Positions 16,602 through 25,547 of a stretch of 37,791 nucleotides of DNA are shown piece by piece. Source of the DNA: a virus (Duplodnaviria > Caudoviricetes); the IMG/VR virus record IMGVR_UViG_3300017754_000073, positions 1-37,791 of that record; one strand, 5' to 3'. The number at the start of each line of letters is the position of its first letter. Position 1 is the first letter of the stretch. The translations under genes and the position numbers were made by a program. Under the pieces are notes generated by a model. It worked only from the letters and a program-made list of their open reading frames with translations, was not told where the DNA came from and did not search any database.

Positions 16602-16743
16602 GTCTATCCAAGTCAACTGCCTACGCTGTGAACACTTGCAGTCTGGCAACGTGTGCCAGAAGTTCAATGCCAGGCCACCAGATGAATGGCTGCACGGCAC
16701 CGTGGACTGTGAGCATTGGGCATGGGACAACATCCCGTTCTAG
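16540..16743 (+). CDS. Small Cys-rich protein
   Basis: CLRCEH...VCQKF...PP...CEHW..D.IPF; GAGG RBS; overlaps the helicase 3' end. Confidence 0.75.
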   Translation: MNLVELNAIKTHLKKQLKDIESIQVNCLRCEHLQSGNVCQKFNARPPDEWLHGTVDCEHWAWDNIPF

Positions 16744-16757
16744 CAATATGCTAGACT
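16739..16757 (+). promoter_or_regulatory. 17-bp operator overlapping an extended -10 element
   Basis: TCTAGCAATATGCTAGA 16739-16755 (2 differences from 11118-11134 at most in the spacer region); TGCTAGACT 16749-16757. Confidence 0.7.
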
Positions 16758-16788
16758 ACACACAAGTCAACCAACCAAAGGAGCAAAC

Positions 16789-17055
16789 ATGATTGACCTA
16801 CCAATCACGATGGAAGAAACCGAAGCGTTTGACGCACTGAGCAAACAGGTGGCCGGCAATCATTACAAGGATCTGCCGATCCAACCAGTTGAGTACATCC
16901 ACGCCAATGCGCTGGGGTATTTTGAGGGCAACGTGGTTAAGTACATCAGCCGCTGGCGCAAGAAAAACGGCATCGCCGATCTGGAGAAGGCCAAGCACTA
17001 TATCGAGTTGCTGATCGAACTTGAATCCCGCAAGACCAAAGGAGCCACCGAATGA
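16789..17055 (+). CDS. DUF3310 / T7 gp1.7-like (SaV-like) protein
   Basis: QVAGNHY...IQPVEYI...FEGNVVKYISRWRKKNGIADLEKAKHYIE. Confidence 0.88.
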   Translation: MIDLPITMEETEAFDALSKQVAGNHYKDLPIQPVEYIHANALGYFEGNVVKYISRWRKKNGIADLEKAKHYIELLIELESRKTKGATE

Positions 17056-17261
17056 TCCGTGAAACCATCAACTGGGTGAAGAACGCCTACACGACACCGA
17101 GCGCCGAAGCACTGGCGCTGCGTGAACTTGAGGAAGCCAAGCGGGCACTGCTGGAAACCCAGTCAGCGCGTGAATACGCCGACAGCATGTGCAAGTACCG
17201 CGAGGCCCAGATCAAGCGCCTGACGGCCTACCTGCACAAAGCGACTGAGGTAGACACATGA
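17052..17261 (+). CDS. Hypothetical helical protein
   Basis: AAGGAG RBS, ATGA coupling on both sides. Confidence 0.75.
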   Translation: MIRETINWVKNAYTTPSAEALALRELEEAKRALLETQSAREYADSMCKYREAQIKRLTAYLHKATEVDT

Positions 17262-17677
17262 GCAAAGAAGCAATGAAGCTGGCGCTGGAGGCGTTGGAAT
17301 TGGTAAACCTAGAGTTTGTGTGCGGGAATGGATCGCACCATGCAAAGAAAGACAGGCATGAGTGGGACGAAGATTGCCCTATTACTGACCGTTGGAAAAA
17401 AGCCATCACCACCCTGCGAGAAGCACTGGCAGAGCAGCCAGCACAGCGCACATGGGTTGGGCTGACGGATGAGGACATCGACATTGCTTTTGATGACACG
17501 CAAGAGGGGGGGGGTTTCGATGAGTTCGCCCGAGCCATCGAAGCCAAACTCAAGGAGAAGAATGGCTGGTATCGGCAGCACGTAACAGACGGCTCTCCTT
17601 GTTGGTGTGAACCAGAAATCAGCTACACAAACCCAGAGACAGGCGCGTCTGTGATTGTTCACAAGGAGCCGCAATGA
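17258..17677 (+). CDS. Hypothetical mosaic protein
   Basis: Contains the WVGLTDED...FARAIEAKLKEKN segment common in phage early regions; ATGA coupling. Confidence 0.75.
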   Translation: MSKEAMKLALEALELVNLEFVCGNGSHHAKKDRHEWDEDCPITDRWKKAITTLREALAEQPAQRTWVGLTDEDIDIAFDDTQEGGGFDEFARAIEAKLKEKNGWYRQHVTDGSPCWCEPEISYTNPETGASVIVHKEPQ

Positions 17678-17886
17678 CAACGCCAGAGCAACTGATGACG
17701 CAGGAAGAGCTTGCGTTCCGCTGGAAGATCAGCGAGGCCACACTGGAGCGCGACAGATCACTTAAGCAGGGCTGTCGATACCTCAAGCTGGGCGGTCTAA
17801 TCCGTTACCGCATTCAGGATGTGTTGGATTATGAAGAAGCCTGCACGCATGAGCCGAAAGCCAAATTAAAGGAGAAGAACACATGA
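17674..17886 (+). CDS. Excisionase/AlpA-like HTH protein
   Basis: LMTQEELAFRWKISEATLERDR...YLKLGGLIRYRIQDV. Confidence 0.82.
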   Translation: MTTPEQLMTQEELAFRWKISEATLERDRSLKQGCRYLKLGGLIRYRIQDVLDYEEACTHEPKAKLKEKNT

Positions 17887-18137
17887 AGACCGTAATTGAA
17901 ATGGCGCGGGATCAGGGACTTCCTGAGACAGAAGTAGCTGGCGTTTTTATTGTCAACCAAGATGACCTTGGCCGCTTTGCCGCTCTTGTCCGCGCTGACG
18001 AGCGTGAGGCGTGTGCAAAGGTGGCTGAAGACTCGGACCATGTTGTTCTTGGTCGTGGCTACTACGACCAACTCGGAGACGCAGATGCCACCGTGAGAAA
18101 CATCGTTGCCGCCATCCGAGCAAGGAGCAACACATGA
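17883..18137 (+). CDS. Hypothetical protein (EREACAKVAE...AIRAR type)
   Basis: AAGGAG RBS, ATGA coupling, recurrent phage motif. Confidence 0.75.
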   Translation: MKTVIEMARDQGLPETEVAGVFIVNQDDLGRFAALVRADEREACAKVAEDSDHVVLGRGYYDQLGDADATVRNIVAAIRARSNT

Positions 18138-18226
18138 GCGAGTGCCAACACCGCTGGGAACCCGTCGAAGGTCAACCCATCTACAAGTGCGCTCGGTGCG
18201 GTGCGTTCATGAGGATCGTGAAGTGA
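18134..18226 (+). CDS. Tiny zinc-ribbon-like peptide (30 aa)
   Basis: MSECQHRWEPVEGQPIYKCARCGAFMRIVK; CxH...CxxC; AAGGAG RBS; ATGA and GTGA overlaps. Confidence 0.65.
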   Translation: MSECQHRWEPVEGQPIYKCARCGAFMRIVK

Positions 18227-18612
18227 CCCCATTGAACAGCGGCACACTGATAGCCAGAGCATGGGAGGCGCTGCATGAGTTCGGCAAGATCACTGCGCAA
18301 GAGTTTGCAGACTACGCAGACATCGGCAGGTATGACGCCCATGCAGCTTTGAGCAAGATGAACAAGCGCACCAAGGCTGGCGTCAAGCGCATCTACGTGG
18401 CCGACTGGACCTACGGCCATGATGACGCAAGGCGCTACCCACGCGCTGTGTTCATGATCGGTGACCAGCCTGACAAGCCAAGGCCCAAACCAGACATAGC
18501 CGCCAACAGGCGCAGGCATGAGCAAAGTAAAAACCGTATGCACCGCATGAACAGTGTGTTCAACATGGCGATGACACGCGACAAAATCAGAGAACTAAGA
18601 AGAACTTTATGA
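18223..18612 (+). CDS. Hypothetical protein, possibly winged-HTH
   Basis: GTG start overlapping the upstream stop; ITAQEFADYADIGRYDAHAALSKM resembles an HTH. Confidence 0.7.
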   Translation: MTPLNSGTLIARAWEALHEFGKITAQEFADYADIGRYDAHAALSKMNKRTKAGVKRIYVADWTYGHDDARRYPRAVFMIGDQPDKPRPKPDIAANRRRHEQSKNRMHRMNSVFNMAMTRDKIRELRRTL

Positions 18613-18821
18613 AGTGCAACTGCCACCCATACTCACCGTTTCATTGGAAGAAAAACCCTCGCCCGAGCATCTTTGCCAAAGACCCTGCGTTCAGGCCCAA
18701 GGGCCAGGCCGTTGACGCTGCGCTGACCAAAGAGGAAAACCTGATCGCCTACAAGCAGTTCAGCATCCACAGCCGGGCGCACCCAATGGTCAAACCATCG
18801 CTGAACAAGCACGAGTTATGA
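18609..18821 (+). CDS. Hypothetical protein
   Basis: 70 aa, ATGA coupling on both sides. Confidence 0.7.
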   Translation: MKCNCHPYSPFHWKKNPRPSIFAKDPAFRPKGQAVDAALTKEENLIAYKQFSIHSRAHPMVKPSLNKHEL

Positions 18822-19198
18822 AGTGCCCAGTATGCGAAGCGTGGACCTCGGTCAAAGAGACCCGGACACGCAAGACAGACGGCGTGGTGACGCGCCGCTA
18901 CGAATGTGCAAACCTGCACCGATTTTCAACCGAAGAAAGAATTCGAGATGACGAACCATTGCAACGGCTACGAGAACCGGAACCCAAAACATATGTGGCA
19001 ACATTTAGCGCTTTAGACATGGAAACGCGCAGCACCGTAGACACGGCCACAGCCGCGCATTACCTCAACTATTCAAGGCAGACTCTTTTGCGCTGGGCTT
19101 GTGAAGGCTCAGGACCCATTCAACCAAACCGCGCAGAGGGTGCGCGTAAGTTGCAATGGCCGGTTGCCGACATTCGTAAGCTAATAGGTGAAATATGA
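18818..19198 (+). CDS. NrdR-N/Ogr-like zinc ribbon fused to an excisionase-like HTH
   Basis: MKCPVC...VKETR...RRYECANLHRFSTEE, then VDTATAAHYLNYSRQTLLRWACEGSGPIQP...LQWPVADIR. Confidence 0.78.
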   Translation: MKCPVCEAWTSVKETRTRKTDGVVTRRYECANLHRFSTEERIRDDEPLQRLREPEPKTYVATFSALDMETRSTVDTATAAHYLNYSRQTLLRWACEGSGPIQPNRAEGARKLQWPVADIRKLIGEI

Positions 19199-19359
19199 AT
19201 CCACTAAAAGTCGCCAAGGTGGGGTGCAAGATGCCCGCTGCTGACCCACTGCCGCCGAGCATCTGGCGTGAGCAACTCAAGCGGCTGGCGTACTGGCTGC
19301 TGATGGCCGTGATTGGCCTGACCGTGTGGCCGATGCTGGCTTACTTGGTCTTGCGTTAA
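19195..19359 (+). CDS. Small membrane protein (54 aa)
   Basis: MNPLKVAKVG...LAYWLLMAVIGLTVWPMLAYLVLR; last gene of the early arm; stop overlaps the holin stop (TTAA). Confidence 0.6.
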   Translation: MNPLKVAKVGCKMPAADPLPPSIWREQLKRLAYWLLMAVIGLTVWPMLAYLVLR

Positions 19360-19769
19360 GCCTTACCCTTGATGCGCTCAAACGTGCGCAGGCCACCCAA
19401 ACCCAACATGCCCGTCAGCAGGACCATGAGGGTTTCGTTGTCGATGGGTGGTAAAGGGGGCACGGAGCCACCAAATACGGCCACCAGCCACGGTAACAGC
19501 GGCTGGATGAGGAACTGATACACCAGACCGAAAACGCAGGCCCAGCCGGTCGCTGGACGCCAGCCGCCACGGTACATGTCGGTTCCAGCCTCGACCTTGT
19601 TGACTTCAAGTTGACCCAGTGCCAGCTTGGTTTCCGCATCCAGCACGGCCAACTCGCCCCTCTGGGCCAAGTCGAGTAGCTTGATCTTGGCGTCAGACGC
19701 CGCTTGTTGGTCGGGCAGCACTTTTTCCAGTACGCCGCCGATCACGGGGATAAGTGCTTGCCAGATCAT
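19356..19769 (-). CDS. Holin (3TM, gene-transfer-agent type)
   Basis: GQLEVNKVEA...GGWRPATGW...LLTGMLGLGGLRTFERIKG; ATGA overlap with the endolysin. Confidence 0.88.
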   Translation of the reverse strand: MIWQALIPVIGGVLEKVLPDQQAASDAKIKLLDLAQRGELAVLDAETKLALGQLEVNKVEAGTDMYRGGWRPATGWACVFGLVYQFLIQPLLPWLVAVFGGSVPPLPPIDNETLMVLLTGMLGLGGLRTFERIKGKA

Positions 19770-20137
19770 GAGTAATCCCAAATGGTTGGTGATGGCAGGC
19801 CAGCGCCACCGATGCCAAGGTGGATGAACGTCTTGGCGATACCGATGCGGGGAAAGCCAAGCTGCAAGGCCAGCCGGATGATCTGGTAGCGGTCAGAACC
19901 CGATGTGCAGGCGATGTCAGCGCAGGTGCCCCGAGTGTGCTCACCAGTCGTGTGACCCTTCTTGGCTTCTACCGGGTGCGTCCAGTGCCGGTACCCGCTG
20001 GTGATGGTCATGGGCTTGCCGTACATCGAACGCAGCTTTTGCAGCAGCTTCATGAACTCGGGCTGCATCTCGTTCTTACCCGTGTGCTTGCAGTCGAATT
20101 CTGCCTTGCTGAAGTTCGGGTAATCGGCCCAGTTCAT
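19766..20137 (-). CDS. Endolysin, peptidase M15 family
   Basis: NFSKAEFDC...ITSGYR...EHTRGTCADI...FIHL Zn-peptidase ligands. Confidence 0.9.
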   Translation of the reverse strand: MNWADYPNFSKAEFDCKHTGKNEMQPEFMKLLQKLRSMYGKPMTITSGYRHWTHPVEAKKGHTTGEHTRGTCADIACTSGSDRYQIIRLALQLGFPRIGIAKTFIHLGIGGAGLPSPTIWDYS

Positions 20138-20138
20138 T

Positions 20139-20303
20139 TCAATCTACCCCAAACTTGCGCAGTCCGCGCCCGGTTGACCATGTAAACAATCGACCAATCC
20201 GCATATTGACTGCGGGTGATAGGAACCTCTTATCCGCAATCGAGTATGTTTTGGATGTGCGGATGCAGATTGCAAACGGATGCGATTCAAATACGATCTG
20301 CAT
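20139..20303 (-). CDS. Possible small hypothetical protein (54 aa)
   Basis: MQIVFESHPFAICIR...; fills the gap with 1-nt spacing at both ends; atypical codons. Confidence 0.45.
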   Translation of the reverse strand: MQIVFESHPFAICIRTSKTYSIADKRFLSPAVNMRIGRLFTWSTGRGLRKFGVD

Positions 20304-20304
20304 C

Positions 20305-20532
20305 TCAGTGCCCTTTGATCCAACTGGCGGCAAACCCCACGGCGCTGGAGATGAATGACACGAAGGCCATCCCGGCCCAAAAGCCACCCCGACCTTGGTT
20401 CGCCATAGCCACCAGCTTCTCGACGTTGGCCTCCAGCTTGTCCATTTTGCTGCTCATCTCATCGAAGCGGCGCTCGTAATTCTGAACGCGCTCCCACAAG
20501 ACTCCGTATTTCACTGGGTCGATCTCGGCCAT
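20305..20532 (-). CDS. Coiled-coil + C-terminal TM protein (holin/XhlA-like)
   Basis: MAEIDPVKYGVLW...ANQGRGGFWAGMAFVSFISSAVGF; sits at the head of the lysis cassette. Confidence 0.75.
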   Translation of the reverse strand: MAEIDPVKYGVLWERVQNYERRFDEMSSKMDKLEANVEKLVAMANQGRGGFWAGMAFVSFISSAVGFAASWIKGH

Positions 20533-20566
20533 GACTACTGCTTCCATGATTCAAGGTGCCTATATT

Positions 20567-22435
20567 TTAACGAGACAAGGCGTTTTGGTTTCGCTGTTGC
20601 GGGGCCAGTTGGTTGGGCTGTTCCAGTGCTTTCTTGACCTGCTTGCCAACTTGACGAGTACGGGCAGCTTCTGCTGCTGCGCCGGCACCAGGGAAGCGCA
20701 ATGTTTGCAAAGCCTCTAGGCCACGCAAGACAGCGCCCGAGGTGTTGCTGTAGTTGACAGCGCCAGGCTGTTTGACCACGACATCCTGAATTGCGTCTCG
20801 CAGATCCATGATCTGATCACGGCCAGCTTTGCCGTACATGTAAACCAACTTGTCTTCGCTGTCCAACTGCTTGATCAGCGTGTTCAGGTTTCGGAAGGAC
20901 ATCTGGTCACCCTTGGTGAGCATTTCCTTCATGTGTTGAATTGTCTGGCCCTGAAGTTCAGCGTAAGCCTGACGACCTTCTGGGCCAGACTTTTTAAGCA
21001 ACGTGGTCACAGTTCGCATTTCTTCCAGCGATCCATCCAACACCACATGCTTAAACACATCATCAAGAGCCACGCGACGATCTGCGTAACCGGCTTTGGT
21101 GGTGAGCAACTTGTCCACACGGCTTACGTCTTCAAATTCTTTTGCCAGTTGTTTGCGTGCTACACGGGCAGCCTGATACAACTCACCGCCAGCACCTTCA
21201 CCAATTTGAGTGATGATTTGCTTCAGATCTCTTGCGCTGGCTGAGTTCTGAACCTTGCCAATTTGCTGGTAGATGTCTTCCAATGCCCGCACAGTGATGG
21301 TGCCGGTTTGGCCGGGGTCATTCATAGCCAAAGATTCGGCCACAGAATCCAAGATGGGATCCAGCTTTTGGCGCTGTGTTGGCGTCTTGCTGTTGATGAA
21401 GTCCAGCAAGTTTTGATAAGGCACCGGCTGCAATGTCTCGCCAGCGTTGTCTGCCCTGCTGTACAGTTCTTTGTACGTGTTGTACTTTCTGGTGTACTCG
21501 TCGTTCAAAGCCTTGTCAACAATTTTGCCAACCTGACGCACTTGTGTTGGATCGGCAACTTCAGCGCCGACCTCGTTGGTCATGCGCTCAAAGTTGTTGA
21601 CAATTGCTTGTTTTTGGTTGGCTTCAAAGCCACGCATTTGCTCAGACAGTTTGGTTTTGGCTTCATCAGAAATGCCAGTAATGACACCTCGTTGAACTTC
21701 AGACTCAAATTGTTGTTGCGCCAAATTCTTGGTGCGTTGCCCAGTAGTAGCCGGGATACCAAATTGTGCCAATCGTTCTTCGCGCATAAGCTGATCAGCC
21801 GTTGAAGCAGCGCCCATGCCTTGCATTTGAGGCTGTTGTGGCGTTGGCAACACTCGCGCCAAAGCGTTCTGCACTGGTGGCATGACTTGCCCAGCCATTT
21901 GACGAGTAGCCGCGCCGGTCTGCTGCATAGCAGGGCCGGCCAAAGCGTTTACCGTTGTGCCAACACTGCCAAGGGTTGGAGGCAATGCCGCAGTCAGGGG
22001 TTGCAGAAACTCACTCACGGCACCCAATGCTTGCTGGGCCGTTTGTGTGCGGGGCTGGTATTGCACGGCCTTCATGCCGGCTTCCAAAGCCTTGCGGCCT
22101 TCTGGCGTGTTGATGCCTTGACCGCTGGCAAGAAGTGAAATGCCGCCGGAAATTGGGGCAATCAAGCCACCGCCCAAAGTTGCACCCAGCGCCAGCGGTG
22201 TTTCTATGATGCCGGTAATGCGGTCACGCATTGAGACTTCTTTGGGTTTCTCAGGCAAAGTGATGACGTTTTCAGCGCCAGGAATCAGTGCAGCAGTACC
22301 CAGCCCGATGGTCTTGTAAAAGTCCATCTTGGGGATTTGGCTGTAAAACTTCTGGTGCAACGAGTCGGCCAGTTTTACATCTGGCACGGCATCGTACTGC
22401 GGATACTGTGCGCGGAACTCTGCAAGTGTTGCCAT
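20567..22435 (-). CDS. Internal virion / DNA ejection protein (622 aa)
   Basis: Helical Ala/Gln-rich; third of three genes in the P22 gp7-gp20-gp16 position. Confidence 0.75.
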   Translation of the reverse strand: MATLAEFRAQYPQYDAVPDVKLADSLHQKFYSQIPKMDFYKTIGLGTAALIPGAENVITLPEKPKEVSMRDRITGIIETPLALGATLGGGLIAPISGGISLLASGQGINTPEGRKALEAGMKAVQYQPRTQTAQQALGAVSEFLQPLTAALPPTLGSVGTTVNALAGPAMQQTGAATRQMAGQVMPPVQNALARVLPTPQQPQMQGMGAASTADQLMREERLAQFGIPATTGQRTKNLAQQQFESEVQRGVITGISDEAKTKLSEQMRGFEANQKQAIVNNFERMTNEVGAEVADPTQVRQVGKIVDKALNDEYTRKYNTYKELYSRADNAGETLQPVPYQNLLDFINSKTPTQRQKLDPILDSVAESLAMNDPGQTGTITVRALEDIYQQIGKVQNSASARDLKQIITQIGEGAGGELYQAARVARKQLAKEFEDVSRVDKLLTTKAGYADRRVALDDVFKHVVLDGSLEEMRTVTTLLKKSGPEGRQAYAELQGQTIQHMKEMLTKGDQMSFRNLNTLIKQLDSEDKLVYMYGKAGRDQIMDLRDAIQDVVVKQPGAVNYSNTSGAVLRGLEALQTLRFPGAGAAAEAARTRQVGKQVKKALEQPNQLAPQQRNQNALSR

Positions 22436-22437
22436 GA

Positions 22438-23967
22438 TTAAAGTCCTGGTAAGCCCAATGGATTGGTTGCACTTGCGCCGGGTATAACGCCAGAGCCACC
22501 CATTTGCCTAGCACCTGGCCCAGCTTGGATCTCCATCGCACGAATAGCCGTTCTGCGGGCTTGTTGCTTTTGCGCAATGGCGGCAGCGTCATCACCAGGC
22601 TTGGGAAAGTAATTCTTTTCCGCAGTCGCAAATTCATTTGCACCAATTGCAGCGCCCGATTCTTTTCGCAAGATGGCTGTGATGAAGTTAATCCTTGCCT
22701 GCATGACTTGCTGCTGCTCTGGACTAAGACCACCCAGAACTCGAGGCAACGCATTAAAGATGGAGCCGGACGCATCTTCCAGTTTGTCACCAATAAATGG
22801 CACAAGTCCCAAGGTTCCACCAACAACACCTTTGATGACGCCAGTGTCAGTTTTACCTGCTTTTTCCAATGGCTCCAAAATGGCGTTGGCCTCTCTCATC
22901 CTCATGCCGTAAGCCGTGGCGTTGCCTTGGCTTTCTGTCAGCGCAGTGCTTTTGCCACGCAATTGTGCTGGACCAGCCGCAGGCGCAGCAGCGGGTGTTG
23001 GTGCTGCCTGATCCAGCACGCTTCTCATACCGGGAATAACTTGCGCTGGCGCAGCCGCTGGTGCTGGCACTCGTGGGCCAGGCATACCTGCTCCCGGTGC
23101 GGCTGGAGCAGCAGGCGCAGCGCCACCAACCGTCACTGGCACCGCTTGCAGTGTGCGCTTGTTGACGCCGTAGAACGTACCGTCTTCGGCTTCTTTCAAC
23201 TCGTAGCCGGGGTTGGCTTTTTCAAAGTCAAACTTCTGTTGTGCCAAGGCAAGTTGGCCTTGTGCGGTGCGTTCACCAATGGTTGCTGTCTTGGAGATGT
23301 CCATGCCAGCAATTGGCTGACCGTAGCCGGGCCTCATTGGGTTGTCTTGAATTGTAAGAATCTTGCCACCGGCGTCTTGGCGTACAGTCTTTGGCAGCAT
23401 GAATCCCAGCTTGTCCTTGGCATCCAAAATGCTCAGAACCTTCTCAACACGGTACTGACGGTACTCATCAGGGGTCAAACTACGAACTCGCTGAATTTCG
23501 TCTGTGGCCGAGCGCATGTCAAAAATGCCGTCCTTGACGCCTTTGGTCAATTCAGCAATTGCGGCCTCTGGTGTTGGCGAAGAACCAACAGCGTTCCATG
23601 CAAATTTCAACTTTTTGTCTTGCAGCCCAAAATTACGCTCGTCTATTTGAGATTGAGTGTTTTTAGCGGTAAGCGCGGCAGTATTTTGTTCTTGCAGTTG
23701 CTTTGCAATTGCCAAACCCGTTTTACCAAATTGTGATAGCCCAGACAGTGTGTCAGGGTCGGTTAGTTTTCGACCACGCAAGAAATTACGGGTGCCTTCT
23801 TCTTCTTCACGCGCCCGCTGATACTCTTGGATTTGCAGCTTGTTCAGTTCCTGCGCTTGCTGACCGCCTTGAATCTGCTGAAGCTGGGCGTATTGAGCCA
23901 GTGCGTTCGGCACCTGAATATCAGGTTGGCGAAACGACATTGCGATGTTGGGGTTGACGAGTGCCAT
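22438..23967 (-). CDS. Internal virion / DNA ejection protein (509 aa)
   Basis: Gln/Ala-rich with Pro-Ala linker; LRKESGAAIG..EF....KNYFPKPGD C-terminal motif; synteny. Confidence 0.75.
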   Translation of the reverse strand: MALVNPNIAMSFRQPDIQVPNALAQYAQLQQIQGGQQAQELNKLQIQEYQRAREEEEGTRNFLRGRKLTDPDTLSGLSQFGKTGLAIAKQLQEQNTAALTAKNTQSQIDERNFGLQDKKLKFAWNAVGSSPTPEAAIAELTKGVKDGIFDMRSATDEIQRVRSLTPDEYRQYRVEKVLSILDAKDKLGFMLPKTVRQDAGGKILTIQDNPMRPGYGQPIAGMDISKTATIGERTAQGQLALAQQKFDFEKANPGYELKEAEDGTFYGVNKRTLQAVPVTVGGAAPAAPAAPGAGMPGPRVPAPAAAPAQVIPGMRSVLDQAAPTPAAAPAAGPAQLRGKSTALTESQGNATAYGMRMREANAILEPLEKAGKTDTGVIKGVVGGTLGLVPFIGDKLEDASGSIFNALPRVLGGLSPEQQQVMQARINFITAILRKESGAAIGANEFATAEKNYFPKPGDDAAAIAQKQQARRTAIRAMEIQAGPGARQMGGSGVIPGASATNPLGLPGL

Positions 23968-23969
23968 GT

Positions 23970-24683
23970 TTAATATTCCCCTTCACCAAACGAATAGCTA
24001 CCGCCACCAAACGAAGGGCGTGTGTAACCCGCATTTCGACTCAACACCTGCTGCAACAACGAGTTTTGCTGCTGTTGCTGGCCGTAGTTCAAGTACTGAC
24101 CCAAACCACCGGCAGCAGCGTTTGCCATACCCATGTAACCAGATGCCGTGGCTTGACCAGCGGCACCGAGTGCGTTACCTGCGTTGGTCGCATAGTTTTG
24201 ACCCGCAGCGCCCAACTGATTTGTTGCCGTCTGACCGATACCAGCCAGCGACTGCAACGGGTTCAAACGGGCGTTACGTTCAGTCTGGTAACGGTTAAAA
24301 GCGTTGGTGTATTCCTGCGAGGCTAAGTCTTGACCGTACCGCTGAATGCCTTTGAGCGTACTGCCTGACAGCAGACCGCCACGAGCAGCAGCGGATCGCT
24401 CGAGACCCTTCATACCCTCGGACATGCGAAAAGCGTAACCGGGATCAGCTTTAAACTGAGACATACCGAAAGGCGTGTACTCGGTCGCCAGCGGGGTCAG
24501 CTTGTTTAGGGCTGTAATACCCGCTTGACGCCACGGCTCTTGCAACTCAACCTGTCGCTCAAATTGCTGCTGCTGAAGATCAGCTGCCTGATTAGCAGCA
24601 TTTGCTTGCGTTTTGGCTGCTTTGTTGGCTGAGTAAGCGCCTAATAAGGCACTGCCTCCAATTGCGGTTGCTACCCATGCCAT
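23970..24683 (-). CDS. DNA ejection/pilot protein (P22 gp7-like)
   Basis: Hydrophobic Gly/Ala N-terminus; DPGYAFRMSEG...SAAARGGLLSG..LK. Confidence 0.82.
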   Translation of the reverse strand: MAWVATAIGGSALLGAYSANKAAKTQANAANQAADLQQQQFERQVELQEPWRQAGITALNKLTPLATEYTPFGMSQFKADPGYAFRMSEGMKGLERSAAARGGLLSGSTLKGIQRYGQDLASQEYTNAFNRYQTERNARLNPLQSLAGIGQTATNQLGAAGQNYATNAGNALGAAGQATASGYMGMANAAAGGLGQYLNYGQQQQQNSLLQQVLSRNAGYTRPSFGGGSYSFGEGEY

Positions 24684-24684
24684 A

Positions 24685-25212
24685 TCAATTCTCCAATTTA
24701 GTAGTAACGGGCGAACTGGTTAGTACGCCGGGTTTTGGCTGATTGTGCACATCATATTTTGACAACTCGTCAATCTCAACCATTTCTTTTTCAAGCTCAT
24801 CATCTGCAACAGCGCGTTCGGTTTTGTGGACCGTCAGCACAATTACATCCGTCAGCGCGTGAACAACCCGTTTAGTGCCAGCAGGGGACGGAACAATATC
24901 ACCCGGTCGAATGATGTAGTTTTCGCCTTGTCCTGCAACACGCAGTTCTCCAACACAGCCAATAAAGAAATGTTCTGTTTTGTGCACTTTGCTTACAACA
25001 ACAGTGCCTTGCGGTATAAAGATTCTACGGCAATACATGCCGCCTGCAAACCAATGATCCGTGTGCATACCCGGCGCTTGTGGCATTTGCAGCATTACCT
25101 CATGCAGCGCCGAAACTTGATCTTGCGAGGTGTTTCCACCTACTGCAAAATAATCCGGCTGCACGGGTGCAGGAGATTCAAACCCCTTGCCGTAAGTCAC
25201 TGTCATGTTCAC
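24685..25212 (-). CDS. Cupin-like protein
   Basis: HWFAGGMYCRRIFIPQGTVVVSKVHKTEHFF...GTKRVVHALTD..VLTVH beta-barrel pattern. Confidence 0.75.
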   Translation of the reverse strand: MNMTVTYGKGFESPAPVQPDYFAVGGNTSQDQVSALHEVMLQMPQAPGMHTDHWFAGGMYCRRIFIPQGTVVVSKVHKTEHFFIGCVGELRVAGQGENYIIRPGDIVPSPAGTKRVVHALTDVIVLTVHKTERAVADDELEKEMVEIDELSKYDVHNQPKPGVLTSSPVTTKLEN

Positions 25213-25547
25213 TGAGTCACCTCACGACCACTGACGCGCATGTTGATGGCGCTGGCGGTTCCTGCGATTGTACTGATGAAGCTGCCGGAGTTCAAAACCT
25301 GCCCCACCAGTTCAGGGAACGTGTAGACCTCGGACGGCTGAAGCGTCTTGGTCTTGGTGATCAGGTTGCTGTCGCCAGCAGACCCAGCCAAAGTGACCAA
25401 GTTGACCGAGATTGTTGCAGCCGTGGCGCTGTAATTGGTCGCCGTGAACTTGTCGATGATCGTGGTCACGTTGGTGGCCGTGTACTGGGTGGTCTGTGTC
25501 GCCTCGACCGTTTTAGGTGGGACGATGTTTTTGACGATGACTGTCAT
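25209..25547 (-). CDS. Putative virion structural protein (112 aa)
   Basis: Beta-rich, Thr-rich; coupled within the tail module. Confidence 0.75.
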   Translation of the reverse strand: MTVIVKNIVPPKTVEATQTTQYTATNVTTIIDKFTATNYSATAATISVNLVTLAGSAGDSNLITKTKTLQPSEVYTFPELVGQVLNSGSFISTIAGTASAINMRVSGREVTQ

